Below, in pieces: positions 19,614-29,762 of a DNA stretch of 64,000 nucleotides. The position numbers were made by a program, and so were the translations under genes. Origin of the DNA: Pseudomonadota bacterium (GTDB lineage Bacteria > Bdellovibrionota_C > UBA2361 > OMII01). The notes under the pieces are model-generated. The model was given only the letters and a program-made list of their open reading frames with translations. It did not search any database and had not been told where the DNA came from. The stretch covers positions 32,001 through 96,000 of the forward strand of contig JAYPVM010000005.1 of NCBI GenBank assembly GCA_038134595.1. Reading direction: 5' to 3'. Position 1 is the first letter of the stretch, and each line of letters begins with the position of its first letter.

Positions 19614-21533
19614 CTACTTGTAACTTCTCGTACTCAGTGTCACGTTTTCAAAGCTCAACGGCTCTTTTGTAAGCTCATGTTTACCCTGCGCCCCCCCTGG
19701 ACTCCATACGGCACCGTAGCAAAACTTTTCATCATCTCTCTTAGCTTCTCCGTCCTGAGTTTGATGTTCTTCTCGGAAGTGCCCGCCGCAGGACTCCTCT
19801 CGGTTAAGAGCGTCCACACACATCAGTTCAGCAAAATCAAAAAAATCAGCTACCCTACCTGCCTTTTCTAATTCTTGATTCAAATCCTGCCCATCTCCGC
19901 CAACTCTCGCGTTCTGCCAAAACTCTTCTCTTATCTCCCCAATCTCTGAGATAGCCTCTTTGAGTCCAGACTCAGACCTTGACATCCCGCATTTATCCCA
20001 CATCACTCGTCCAAGTTTTCTGTGATAGAAATCAACAGGCTTGGAGCCCTGCATAGCAAGAAATCCGTCCAATCGTTCACCGACCCGGCCCTTGGCTTCT
20101 TTTACATCTGCGTGATCCGTTGAAAACTCCCCCGGCTTCTGGCCTGCGAGATAATCTCCAATTGTGTTCGGAAGCACAAAATAACCGTCGGCTAACCCTT
20201 GCATCAACGCGCTCGCCCCTAACCGATTGGCGCCATGGTCTGAGAAGTTTGCCTCTCCCGCGGCAAACAAACCTGGAATGGTGGTCATCAGATTATAGTC
20301 AACCCACAAGCCACCCATTGTGTAGTGCGGAGCGGGATAAATCCGCATCGGCGTCGCGTACGGATTCTCCCCAGCGATATTCGCGTACATATCGAATAGA
20401 TTCCCATACCGCGATTCTATCACGTCCTTTCCGAGCCTGTTGATTGCATCTGAAAAATCGAGATAAACCCCTAGCCCCATCGGACCGACTCCGTATCCGG
20501 CGTCGCAGCGTTCCTTTGCTGCTCGAGACGCAATATCCCGGGGCGAAAGATTTCCGAAGCTAGGATACCGACGCTCAAGATAGTAATCGCGTTCGTTCTC
20601 GGGTATTTCCGCGGGTCGTCGACGATCCCCTTGAGCTTTGGGCACCCACACCCGCCCGTCATTACGAAGTGATTCACTCATAAGAGTAAGCTTAGACTGA
20701 TGTTCACCAGAAACAGGAATGGAAGTGGGATGAATCTGCGTAAAACAAGGATTGGCAAATCCAGCGCCATGCTTATACGCTCTCCATGTTGCCGTAACAT
20801 TACAGTTCTTTGCATTGGTAGAAAGATAGAAGACATTTGAATATCCTCCGGTCGCCAAAACAACAGCATCGGCTACATGCGGTGTTATTTCTCCAGTCCT
20901 TAGGTCTCGAACTATCACACCGCGACACCGCCCATCACTAATAATGAGGTCTAACATCTCGGTGTGCGGAAACATAGCAACTGTACCCGCATGAATCTGT
21001 CGATTTAGAGCGGCATACGCACCCAGTAACAGTTGTTGCCCTGTTTGACCTTTTGCGTAGAAAGTCCTCGATACCTGCGCACCACCGAAAGACCGATTTG
21101 CAAGCAGTCCCCCATAATCTCTCGCAAACGGAACCCCTTGCGCGACACACTGATCGATTATGTTGACACTCAACTGCGCTAATCTATATACATTGGCTTC
21201 GCGAGCCCTAAAATCTCCACCCTTGATGGTATCGTAAAATAGCCGGAATACACTGTCGCCGTCGTTTTGATAATTTTTTGCAGCGTTGATACCCCCTTGA
21301 GCTGCGATGCTATGCGCCCGACGAGGAGAATCCTGAAAACAAAAAGACTTTACATTATACCCCAGCTCACCAAACGAAGCCGCCGCAGACGCACCGGCCA
21401 AACCCGTTCCTATTACTACGATAGAGTACTTTCGCTTATTAGCCGGACTGACTAGCTTAATCGAGGCCTTGTGTTTCTGCCACTTTTCTTCGAGCGGCCC
21501 TGCTGGAATCTTGGAGTCAAGCTTGAGAGACAT
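19614..21533 (-). CDS. sdhA: Succinate dehydrogenase/fumarate reductase flavoprotein subunit
   Basis: [17 protein letters not shown] (FAD-linked His), QIHPT, HYTMGG, HGANRLG. Confidence 0.97.
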   Translation of the reverse strand: MSLKLDSKIPAGPLEEKWQKHKASIKLVSPANKRKYSIVVIGTGLAGASAAASFGELGYNVKSFCFQDSPRRAHSIAAQGGINAAKNYQNDGDSVFRLFYDTIKGGDFRAREANVYRLAQLSVNIIDQCVAQGVPFARDYGGLLANRSFGGAQVSRTFYAKGQTGQQLLLGAYAALNRQIHAGTVAMFPHTEMLDLIISDGRCRGVIVRDLRTGEITPHVADAVVLATGGYSNVFYLSTNAKNCNVTATWRAYKHGAGFANPCFTQIHPTSIPVSGEHQSKLTLMSESLRNDGRVWVPKAQGDRRRPAEIPENERDYYLERRYPSFGNLSPRDIASRAAKERCDAGYGVGPMGLGVYLDFSDAINRLGKDVIESRYGNLFDMYANIAGENPYATPMRIYPAPHYTMGGLWVDYNLMTTIPGLFAAGEANFSDHGANRLGASALMQGLADGYFVLPNTIGDYLAGQKPGEFSTDHADVKEAKGRVGERLDGFLAMQGSKPVDFYHRKLGRVMWDKCGMSRSESGLKEAISEIGEIREEFWQNARVGGDGQDLNQELEKAGRVADFFDFAELMCVDALNREESCGGHFREEHQTQDGEAKRDDEKFCYGAVWSPGGAQGKHELTKEPLSFENVTLSTRSYK

Positions 21534-21566
21534 ACTAAATCCTTTATGAAAATCTCTTTATCAAAA

Positions 21567-22298
21567 TCAATGCCTACCGCCTTCCGTATGGTGCGCAACC
21601 GGCTGTGGCAACAGATTCATGGCTATCGATGCGGGAACAGCAGAAAAGCCAATAAACATTAAGACCGAAACAACCTTTGCGATATTCCTTATCCCGTTAT
21701 TCCAACTCGGCGTATCTACTCCTAATGTTTGAAACATACTCCATGTTCCATGATAGAGATGCATCCCCAAAAAACCCATGGCTACAACGTATACAGATGC
21801 TATCCCCCTGTTTTGGAAGGCATTCCATACGTTCTGATATACTTCTCCCTCAACGAACCCCTGAGTATGAACATGCCCTGTCGTGAAATGAAGGATATGA
21901 AAAGCGATAAACGAAAGGAGAAATAATCCTCCGTACAACATAGTCTTCGAGGCAGCATTTGCTGACCTATAGCGTATGTTATTCCCGGAGATTGGTTTAG
22001 CCGCTCGGTTTAACCTCGCCAACTGAATACCGCTTATGGCGTGCACAAGTAGCGCAACGATAAGAACCGCCCGAACCACCCACAAAACTCCACTGTTTCC
22101 GAACATCTCCGAACCCATTGACCGCAAGAACCTGCCGTAATCGTCAATCTTATAGTCACCAGTTGCAGGGTCAATGCCAGCAAAAATCTTCAGATTACCT
22201 ACCATATGACCAATCACAAAGCCGACCATAATGACGCCACTAAGGGCCATCGAGACCTTTTTGCCGATGGTGGATTTATAAAAGCTTCCTAGAGTCAT
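21567..22298 (-). CDS. sdhC: Succinate dehydrogenase cytochrome b subunit (single membrane anchor)
   Basis: Five TM helices with heme-ligand His (GHMVGN, VHA, FHILHF, MHLYHG); first gene of sdhCAB. Confidence 0.93.
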   Translation of the reverse strand: MTLGSFYKSTIGKKVSMALSGVIMVGFVIGHMVGNLKIFAGIDPATGDYKIDDYGRFLRSMGSEMFGNSGVLWVVRAVLIVALLVHAISGIQLARLNRAAKPISGNNIRYRSANAASKTMLYGGLFLLSFIAFHILHFTTGHVHTQGFVEGEVYQNVWNAFQNRGIASVYVVAMGFLGMHLYHGTWSMFQTLGVDTPSWNNGIRNIAKVVSVLMFIGFSAVPASIAMNLLPQPVAHHTEGGRH

Positions 22299-22612
22299 AC
22301 CAACCTACTGTCATTTAATGTGTGCGCTAATGAAATCACGCGCCTTGAAGCCGACAACACAGTGCCAAAGATAAGAAATGAAAAGACGCGCCCTTCCCTA
22401 GGCACGCCCCGCAAACGTCCCCTTGGAGAGGCCAACGAGCCCGCACCCCGAATCAAACCCTTCAAGATTACAGGACATTATTCCACATAGACCTCCGGCG
22501 CAATAGGAACAAATTACTTCCAACGCCAACTACAACACTGTTTCTGTTTTTATACTCATAGTTTAGCTTTGTCAGCCCGATAAACCTATGAAACATCGCA
22601 AGAATCGAGGCT

Positions 22613-23902
22613 ATGCGTAAGATATCAATCAAATTAGGAGAGCGAATGGATGGCTCAGCCGAGATTCGCATCGCCCCTGAACAACTCTTTGGGTGCCACT
22701 GTGCTATACTCGGAAGCTCGGGGAGCGGAAAAAGCTGGACCCTTGCCCGATGCCTCGAGGAGTCTGCTAACTATGGCTCTAAATTTGTCCTACTTGACGT
22801 ATCAGGCGAGTACAGCAACCTCGAGCACCGGACGTTTCACATCCACATCCCAACCACTCACGCGATCACACCCTCATCGGAGAATAGATCAGTGGCCGCG
22901 ACCATACCGTACTATGAACTGACAGAATCAGACCTGTTTTCGATATTCGCGCCTAATGGACCTCTGCAACGCGTAAAACTTAGAGAGGCAATGCGCACTC
23001 TCAAGTTACTGCAACGAATCCCCCAGCTTGCGGTTAGTGGCGTATTTCCGAAATCAAACAAACTTAAAGCGCCCTATGAAGAGGCGCTCATTGCAGAGTC
23101 AAAAAGTATCAACCGGCCCGACAGCATTTTTAACGTGTATAACCTTCCAAACCAAATAGCACACGAGTGCGTTGACCCATCTAGAAGCGACGCGGAACAG
23201 GGGTACTGGGGTTCGGTAAATAGCGCAGACCAAACCGAGTGTGCGTCTCTCATCCATAGGATTGACGACCTCTTAAAGCAGGGTACATTAAATTGTATAT
23301 TTAATCCTCCCGCTATCCCTAGCGTCTTCGAGGCACTCGAGAAATTCATAACCGATGATACCGTTTCCATTCTAAGAATCTCGCTAGAGGAGCTCCCGAT
23401 AGCAAATGAAGTTCGAACAATCGTTTTAGAAGCCATCGCTCGCACGCTACTATCAATGGCCCGACATAACGAGTTTCGAGAGAGACCAGTAGTCTTGGTT
23501 ATGGATGAAGCTCACCAAGCCATTTCCCCGGGGGTGGCCGCCAGACAGCTTGAAACGCCTAAATTCCCTGTATTCGAATCGATTGCCAAGGAGGGAAGAA
23601 AATACGGACTAACCCTCTGCTTGGCAACCCAACGGCCAGCAGATCTTTCAGATGGCATCTTAACGCAGGTGTCCACTTTTGTCGTGCACCGACTTATCGG
23701 GAAAGGAGACCAGGATTCGGTACAGCACGTATTAGGCGGAGTCGACGCCTCACTGATAAAAAATCTAAGTAAATTACCAAAGGGGAGCGCAATTTTAATA
23801 AGTGGTGGATCGCATACGACCTTGAAGGTAACAAAGCCAGATGTTCCACCTGTATCAAATGGCCCTAATTACCAACAAGCATGGTCCCAATCAAAGCGGT
23901 AA
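22613..23902 (+). CDS. HerA/FtsK-superfamily ATPase (DUF87-type) lacking an N-terminal HAS barrel
   Basis: HCAILGSSGSGKS, LLDVSGEY, VMDEAH, KEGRKYG, ATQRP. Confidence 0.88.
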   Translation: MRKISIKLGERMDGSAEIRIAPEQLFGCHCAILGSSGSGKSWTLARCLEESANYGSKFVLLDVSGEYSNLEHRTFHIHIPTTHAITPSSENRSVAATIPYYELTESDLFSIFAPNGPLQRVKLREAMRTLKLLQRIPQLAVSGVFPKSNKLKAPYEEALIAESKSINRPDSIFNVYNLPNQIAHECVDPSRSDAEQGYWGSVNSADQTECASLIHRIDDLLKQGTLNCIFNPPAIPSVFEALEKFITDDTVSILRISLEELPIANEVRTIVLEAIARTLLSMARHNEFRERPVVLVMDEAHQAISPGVAARQLETPKFPVFESIAKEGRKYGLTLCLATQRPADLSDGILTQVSTFVVHRLIGKGDQDSVQHVLGGVDASLIKNLSKLPKGSAILISGGSHTTLKVTKPDVPPVSNGPNYQQAWSQSKR

Positions 23903-24001
23903 ATCTGGCCTCGTCAATAAGACGCCCAGAGCATATAACTCTGAGGTAAAAGGAAGCATTTCACACTATAAGCCGCAATCCTACTACGCTATACTACCAA
24001 T

Positions 24002-25468
24002 ATGAATCCAAGCCTGCTTCAATTAAACACCAGAGTCCTTCTCTCTTCAATAAAACCAAACGCTACCCTTGATGATATTCCCGATAGCTTTCTCCGGCAA
24101 ATTAACGTCGATGGATTCGATTGGGTTTGGCTTTTGGGAGTCTGGTCAGTTGGACCGGCGAGCCGTCGCATATCCCGTTCCCGAACTAGTTGGCTAGACG
24201 AGTATCGCAACGCTCTCCCGGATTTAGAAGAGAAGGATATCTGCGGCTCTCCGTTTGCCATTCAAGGATACACTGTTGATCCTTATCTCGGTGGTGAAGA
24301 CGCGCTAGCGCGCATACGCTCCCGAATGCGAGCTCTCGACATCAAACTGATGGTTGATTTCATTCCCAATCACATAGGGTTCGACCACCCTTGGATTGCT
24401 TCGAACCCAGAATTTCTCATTAGGGGCACAGAGGCTGACTATTTCACGAGTCCAGACGAATGGGTGCGCTTAGACTCAGGACAAATCTATGCCTATGGCC
24501 GGGACCCTCACTACCCAGGTTGGCCCGATACCTTACAGCTAAATTATTTTAATCCGAACCTGCGTGCCGCCATGCACCAGGAGCTTGCCAGTATCGCTCA
24601 GCGAGCCGATGGAGTTCGTTGCGATATGGCAATGCTTATCGAACCAGAGATATTTACTAAGACATGGCAGAAAGCCTCACCAGAGGAAAGCTTCCCCTCT
24701 TTTTGGCCTTCCGCAATCGAAATGGCGCGAAAAAGGAACCCTTCCTTCCTCATGATGGCTGAAGTGTACTGGAACTATGAATGGAGGCTTCAACAACATG
24801 GCTTTGACTATGTTTACGACAAGACTTTATACGACCGGATCATCGCCGGCAACGCCGCAGAGATTTATGCTCACTTAACTGCTCCGCTCGAATACCAAAG
24901 CAAGCTAACTCGTTTTCTAGAGAATCACGATGAAGCTCGAGCTGCAGCGGCTATACCATATGAGCGTTACAACGCTGCTGCCGTTCTTACCTATCTAACA
25001 CCAGGGCTTCGCTTGTTTCACGATGGTCAGCTAGAGGGGAAAAAAATCCGAATCCCCGTTCACTTACAAAGAGGCCCTGAGGAAAGAATCGCACCCGACA
25101 TTGCTAGGTTTTATGAGAAGTTTTTACCCCTGGTAAACTCTCCTATTAGCAAGCTGGGCAAATGGAGCTTGGTCGAAACAGAAAGTGCCACAAACAAAGA
25201 CTCGACATGCAGCCCAATCATCTCATTTGCACTAACCTCTGATGAGGCCTGCTGGGTCGTCGTGGTCAACTTTACAAATAGTCACCAGTCAGTAACACTG
25301 AAGCTTTCAGGTAATAACCTTTCTTCCGACACTCAAGCTGGCACAAAATTAACTCTAACCGAACTCCTCAATGAAGAGACAGCCCGTCATAGCGTTAATG
25401 CAAACAAATTAGAGCTTAAGCTCAAACCATGGGATGCTTGCGTGTTCGAAGTCACACTTGATACCTGA
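24002..25468 (+). CDS. GH13 alpha-amylase family glycosidase
   Basis: GH13 conserved regions DFIPNH, GVRCDMA, AEVY, FLENHD. Confidence 0.9.
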   Translation: MNPSLLQLNTRVLLSSIKPNATLDDIPDSFLRQINVDGFDWVWLLGVWSVGPASRRISRSRTSWLDEYRNALPDLEEKDICGSPFAIQGYTVDPYLGGEDALARIRSRMRALDIKLMVDFIPNHIGFDHPWIASNPEFLIRGTEADYFTSPDEWVRLDSGQIYAYGRDPHYPGWPDTLQLNYFNPNLRAAMHQELASIAQRADGVRCDMAMLIEPEIFTKTWQKASPEESFPSFWPSAIEMARKRNPSFLMMAEVYWNYEWRLQQHGFDYVYDKTLYDRIIAGNAAEIYAHLTAPLEYQSKLTRFLENHDEARAAAAIPYERYNAAAVLTYLTPGLRLFHDGQLEGKKIRIPVHLQRGPEERIAPDIARFYEKFLPLVNSPISKLGKWSLVETESATNKDSTCSPIISFALTSDEACWVVVVNFTNSHQSVTLKLSGNNLSSDTQAGTKLTLTELLNEETARHSVNANKLELKLKPWDACVFEVTLDT

Positions 25469-25487
25469 AGGCTACTCCCACTCTTTT

Positions 25488-26036
25488 TTAATGCTCTGGC
25501 AGTAAACGCTCACCCACGGGGATATCGCTGGAGCTAAAGGACATGTTGAAATCACGCAACTTCTCTGCTCCTAGTAAAAGTCCTAAAAGAGATGCGAACT
25601 CTCCCAATTTTTCGGAGCCTAAATGCCCAAGCTCTCTTATGTAGAAATCACGCACTTGTAGACTTAACACAGACAGCACCCGCTTAGCTTCATCGGTAAT
25701 TGAAACAGTAATAACCCGTCTATCCTCTGTACTTCTTTTTCGAGCCACATAACCAAGTCGATCGAGGCGATCGAGAAGTCGCGTCATGTCCGGCACTTCG
25801 GCGATGAGTTGAGTACTGATATCACCACACGATTGCCCAGTACTATCGGCAGATTGAAGAATACGCAATATGTCATAGGTAGCGGTGGTTAGATCGTACT
25901 GACGCAGTAATCTATTCAACTCAGCCTCTAGCTTCCCCGCACATTTAGCAAGAAGACGATACACCGTCTCCTCTATAGGCTGGTCGCGGTTTGCGATTTC
26001 CGATGCCACAACCCTCTCCTTTCCGTCTGAGCTCAT
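25488..26036 (-). CDS. MarR-family transcriptional regulator
   Basis: YDILRIL, PDMTRLLDRL, DRR winged-helix motifs; start moved to ATG at 26036. Confidence 0.88.
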   Translation of the reverse strand: MSSDGKERVVASEIANRDQPIEETVYRLLAKCAGKLEAELNRLLRQYDLTTATYDILRILQSADSTGQSCGDISTQLIAEVPDMTRLLDRLDRLGYVARKRSTEDRRVITVSITDEAKRVLSVLSLQVRDFYIRELGHLGSEKLGEFASLLGLLLGAEKLRDFNMSFSSSDIPVGERLLPEH

Positions 26037-26456
26037 AAACACGCCCCTTACGCTACACACTGTTTCAGCACAAAACGGGGGCACAAAACACTGCCCTACG
26101 TTTTTGGCTCGCCTATTTGACAGCAGAAATAGTTTCAAAAAACGGGGGTTGCGGCTATGACTCCGATTACTCAGCACATTGTATGTCAAAGCGCGAGACC
26201 GCACTTCCAAGCGCTCGCTTATCATACTAAAGGTTAAATCAACCGCGCCTTACGCAAGCAGTTTTGTTCAAATTATCGATACACTTGTGCTCCACTCCCA
26301 AGAAGGGGTACCTTTGACAGCGAGATAAACAGTCTAGCCATTGATGACTCAGACCATCTAACGGGAGAAAACACGTTCGGCTTAAAAATTTTCGATGAAT
26401 ACCGAGCTCGCTCACCACTTTGACACCTACCAGCGCCTAGACCACCGCGACAGCTT

Positions 26457-27887
26457 ATGAATCCTTTAAAGACGAAAGAACTTACACTTCGGTCTGCTAC
26501 CAAAAAGCCCCTAAACGCATTACTCCTTCTTTCTGGTTCCCTTTTGCTCTCGTTAGGGCTCTGCGCATGCTCTATCCCTAATCTGGACCGAGTCGCTTTA
26601 AACCAACAAAACGACTCTCCGAAGGACGAATCCCTATTCATCGAGTCGCTTAACCCTGAGCTACTCGAATCAGATCTCGAACTTCTTAAAAACACCTCGA
26701 AACCCGTGAGAGCCCTGACACTATCAACTGCATGGCTTTCAAAATCTCGATATCAATTAACCCACGGCTCACCTGGCGCGATATCCAGCATGCTTCGCGC
26801 TATTCAACTTACACTCTCTGGAATGGAAATGAGTGGGTGCGAAAGCTTTGCATCAAAGCGATGTAAGAGTCTAAACGAAATTCAGAGAGAGGCTATATTT
26901 CTGCTATTCTCAACACTTCAAGACCGAAGCTGGATAGCACCAAAGCTTGCTCCATCGCGCTACCGGTTTTCACAAACAGCAATCGACCTAATCCAACAAC
27001 TTCAGAACTGGGAGATAACACTCCCGACAACGCCACGCGACCTACTCATAGATAGAAGTGGTATTGGACTCCCTCTCGCCGGATGTCGAAAACTACGAAA
27101 GGCAAGAATATGCACTCCGCTAACTGCAGTAGTCTCGTTTCGGGAGGAACTTTCGAGTGACCTTATAACCGCCGATATATCCATCATCGATAGCTACCAG
27201 CAAGAAGTGTTGTCAACTCATGGAAAAAGCGCTCCCGTGGCTGCTAGTTTTTCCAAAGCAGTGGAACTCGTCAAAGATTCACTAGTAGCGTCGGGACAAC
27301 TTGTGTGTTTGAGCACACCGACATCCTCTACGGGCGTTGTGCTCATCCCGCATCAGTCCTCGAGTAATCCCGCGGATGTCGGAACTTTTCTACTTTCGGT
27401 AGCAACCAACCCATCGGTCCGCAATGCATTTACTCCATGCGTGACAAGCATCCAAGTATCACACTCCATGCCCCAGACTCGAAAACTTGCCCAGCGTGCC
27501 ATCTCAAATCTCACCGGGCTTACGAGACCACAACTACCGACGTCTACTATCAAGCTCGCTCTGATCAATCTAGCGAATGAAACAATTCCATTCTCCACCA
27601 TACTAGCGACAACTCTCAACCCTTCTCAGACCAACAGATGGAGCCTCTGTAGTGTAGGAGTTCCTCCTTTTCTCCTTTCTGCCCAAAACGCTCGGCACGC
27701 CCTAGAGGACGTCGCAGCGTCGGCAGCCGCATCGGTCTTCACTACCTCTGCACGTTGCGACAATAAGTGCGAAACAGCACTTTTAACTGGAAACGATCTT
27801 CTCGGAGATAAAACGCAACCTACAGCACCTAGCCGAAAGGCGCGAACTCTAAAAGACGAGTCGTTTTCGGTGTCGTCTGCCATGTAA
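26457..27887 (+). CDS. Hypothetical lipoprotein, possibly degenerate alpha/beta hydrolase
   Basis: Lipobox LCAC after a hydrophobic stretch; no GxSxG motif. Confidence 0.65.
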   Translation: MNPLKTKELTLRSATKKPLNALLLLSGSLLLSLGLCACSIPNLDRVALNQQNDSPKDESLFIESLNPELLESDLELLKNTSKPVRALTLSTAWLSKSRYQLTHGSPGAISSMLRAIQLTLSGMEMSGCESFASKRCKSLNEIQREAIFLLFSTLQDRSWIAPKLAPSRYRFSQTAIDLIQQLQNWEITLPTTPRDLLIDRSGIGLPLAGCRKLRKARICTPLTAVVSFREELSSDLITADISIIDSYQQEVLSTHGKSAPVAASFSKAVELVKDSLVASGQLVCLSTPTSSTGVVLIPHQSSSNPADVGTFLLSVATNPSVRNAFTPCVTSIQVSHSMPQTRKLAQRAISNLTGLTRPQLPTSTIKLALINLANETIPFSTILATTLNPSQTNRWSLCSVGVPPFLLSAQNARHALEDVAASAAASVFTTSARCDNKCETALLTGNDLLGDKTQPTAPSRKARTLKDESFSVSSAM

Positions 27888-27970
27888 AAAGGAGATGCAG
27901 ACATTTTTGTTGCCATCTGCTAGGCTTCGCTTAAGTGTTCATATGTACCAGCTGAGTTAAAAATCACTTT

Positions 27971-29254
27971 TTGGCGACAGTTGAATTAAACACAACGGTT
28001 CCTATGTCATCAATTGCAACCCTTCCACCAGTTAACCAATCCAACGAGTCGGTATCATCCACGGCCTATGGAATATCCGAATTATACCTTTCAGCCGAGC
28101 CAGATGAAATCGCTTCTTTACTCGCTGACGCATCACCGCGTGAAATCTCTCACACCCTAAAACAACTACTCCCGGATAAGGCTACAATTGTTTTCTCGCT
28201 TTTGTCGGAGGCAACACGGGACGAGCTCGGCCAATATCTCGACGCGCGATATCTAGAGCAGTGGGCTCATAACAGCACTTATCCCGAGGATTCTGTAGGC
28301 CGGCTTATGGATCCGCCTTTTGGGGTCTATCAACTCGATCAAGCGGTGAATGAGGTTCTTCGAACCCTTAAGGATCAACTCAGGCGTGAATTTATCACCT
28401 ATCTCTATGTCGTAGATAACACTGGGCAACTACAGGGGCTCGTTGTTATGAGAGATCTGCTCTTTGCTCAGCCGACCCAATTACTCAGTGATATCATGGC
28501 ATCTGACATTTTCTCCCTCACCCCTGAAACGCCTGTTATGGAGGCGATGCGTGGGGTTGCGGCTCGGCATTACCCAGTATATCCCGTCATCGATTCAAAA
28601 AGGCAGCTATGTGGTTTAGTACGAGGCTCACGGCTATTTCAAGCGCAAGCATTTGAGATTAGTTCTCAAGCCGGGACTATGGTGGGTGTTGAAAAGGGGG
28701 AGCGTTCTACGACGCATTTCTTCAAAAGTCTCCGTTATCGCCATCCCTGGCTTCAACTTAACCTTCTTACTGCTTTCATCGCGGGAGCAATCGTCAATCT
28801 TTTTCAGGATACAATTAATCAGGTCGTTGTACTGGCTTCATTTCTGCCGATTCTGGCAGGACAGTCGGGTAATACAGGGTGTCAATCCCTAGCCATCACA
28901 CTCCGTGGTCTTACCCTCGGAGAGATAGATCAGACAAAAATCTCCCGCCTACTCCTAAAAGAGGCGTTTTTAGGTTTACTAAACGGAGCTCTCGTTGGTC
29001 TAACCGCAGGTCTAGCAATGCTGGTTCTGGCACACGTTCAGGAGCTCTCTGAGCCCTTTCTTCTCGCTTCCATCGTATTCATGGCGATGACTGCTAGCTG
29101 CTGCATAAGCGGCGTATCCGGTGTGCTCGTGCCGGTCGCATTGCGTCGACTAGGTGCCGATCCCGCCACAGCATCAGGTATCTTTCTTACTACAGCCACC
29201 GACGTTGCCAGCATGGGCCTACTTCTGGCACTGGCAACTCTAATTTTACTCTAA
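27971..29254 (+). CDS. mgtE: Magnesium transporter MgtE
   Basis: YPEDSVGRLM, CBS pair, R.PWL, GNTGCQS, DPATASGIFLTTATDV. Confidence 0.92.
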   Translation: MATVELNTTVPMSSIATLPPVNQSNESVSSTAYGISELYLSAEPDEIASLLADASPREISHTLKQLLPDKATIVFSLLSEATRDELGQYLDARYLEQWAHNSTYPEDSVGRLMDPPFGVYQLDQAVNEVLRTLKDQLRREFITYLYVVDNTGQLQGLVVMRDLLFAQPTQLLSDIMASDIFSLTPETPVMEAMRGVAARHYPVYPVIDSKRQLCGLVRGSRLFQAQAFEISSQAGTMVGVEKGERSTTHFFKSLRYRHPWLQLNLLTAFIAGAIVNLFQDTINQVVVLASFLPILAGQSGNTGCQSLAITLRGLTLGEIDQTKISRLLLKEAFLGLLNGALVGLTAGLAMLVLAHVQELSEPFLLASIVFMAMTASCCISGVSGVLVPVALRRLGADPATASGIFLTTATDVASMGLLLALATLILL

Positions 29255-29575
29255 GCCCCCTGCGAATGCGTCTACAACTTCAAGGACCGTCGTAATCGTC
29301 TGCGCCTGTCCAGGAAATCGCGCCTCGAGCCGACTGCTAATCGACTTTGAAAATTGTCGTTGGTATCTCTCGTAGGACTCCATGTTCTCGGCCTCAAACT
29401 GAACAGCATAGGTAAAACCACCCTGTTCAAACGCATGAATTCGCAGCAATCTCGACCGTTCGAAACAGCCCGTCTCTAATACCGCCCGAACATAGATACT
29501 TCTGATCCACTCGAGCCATTTGTCATGTACATCCTTATCCACGTTCATTGTGATATTGAAAACTATCCCCGGCAT
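29246..29575 (-). CDS. DUF4286-like protein
   Basis: IVFNIT...WLEW...G.TYAVQF pattern; AGGAG SD. Confidence 0.7.
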   Translation of the reverse strand: MPGIVFNITMNVDKDVHDKWLEWIRSIYVRAVLETGCFERSRLLRIHAFEQGGFTYAVQFEAENMESYERYQRQFSKSISSRLEARFPGQAQTITTVLEVVDAFAGGLE

Positions 29576-29762
29576 ACTCTCCTCTATCTCGCCCCCAAAC
29601 AGCCTTTTCCTAAATAAACCTGAAGCATTTTAAAGCAAATGCACCAAGATAATCCAATACTTGTTCCGTTGAGGCCACTCGCCTCTTTCAACATTGTCTA
29701 ACGATATTTACTGCTAAAACCCTTCCAGAAGGCCGCGTTCTCTGATAAAAATCTAACGTATC

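Noticed and set aside
26037..26225. ORF-track N-terminal extension of MarR (similar over-extensions for aspS, murG, ftsW and MCC alpha)
   Set aside because: Non-homologous-looking sequence; downstream ATGs fit family length and spacing
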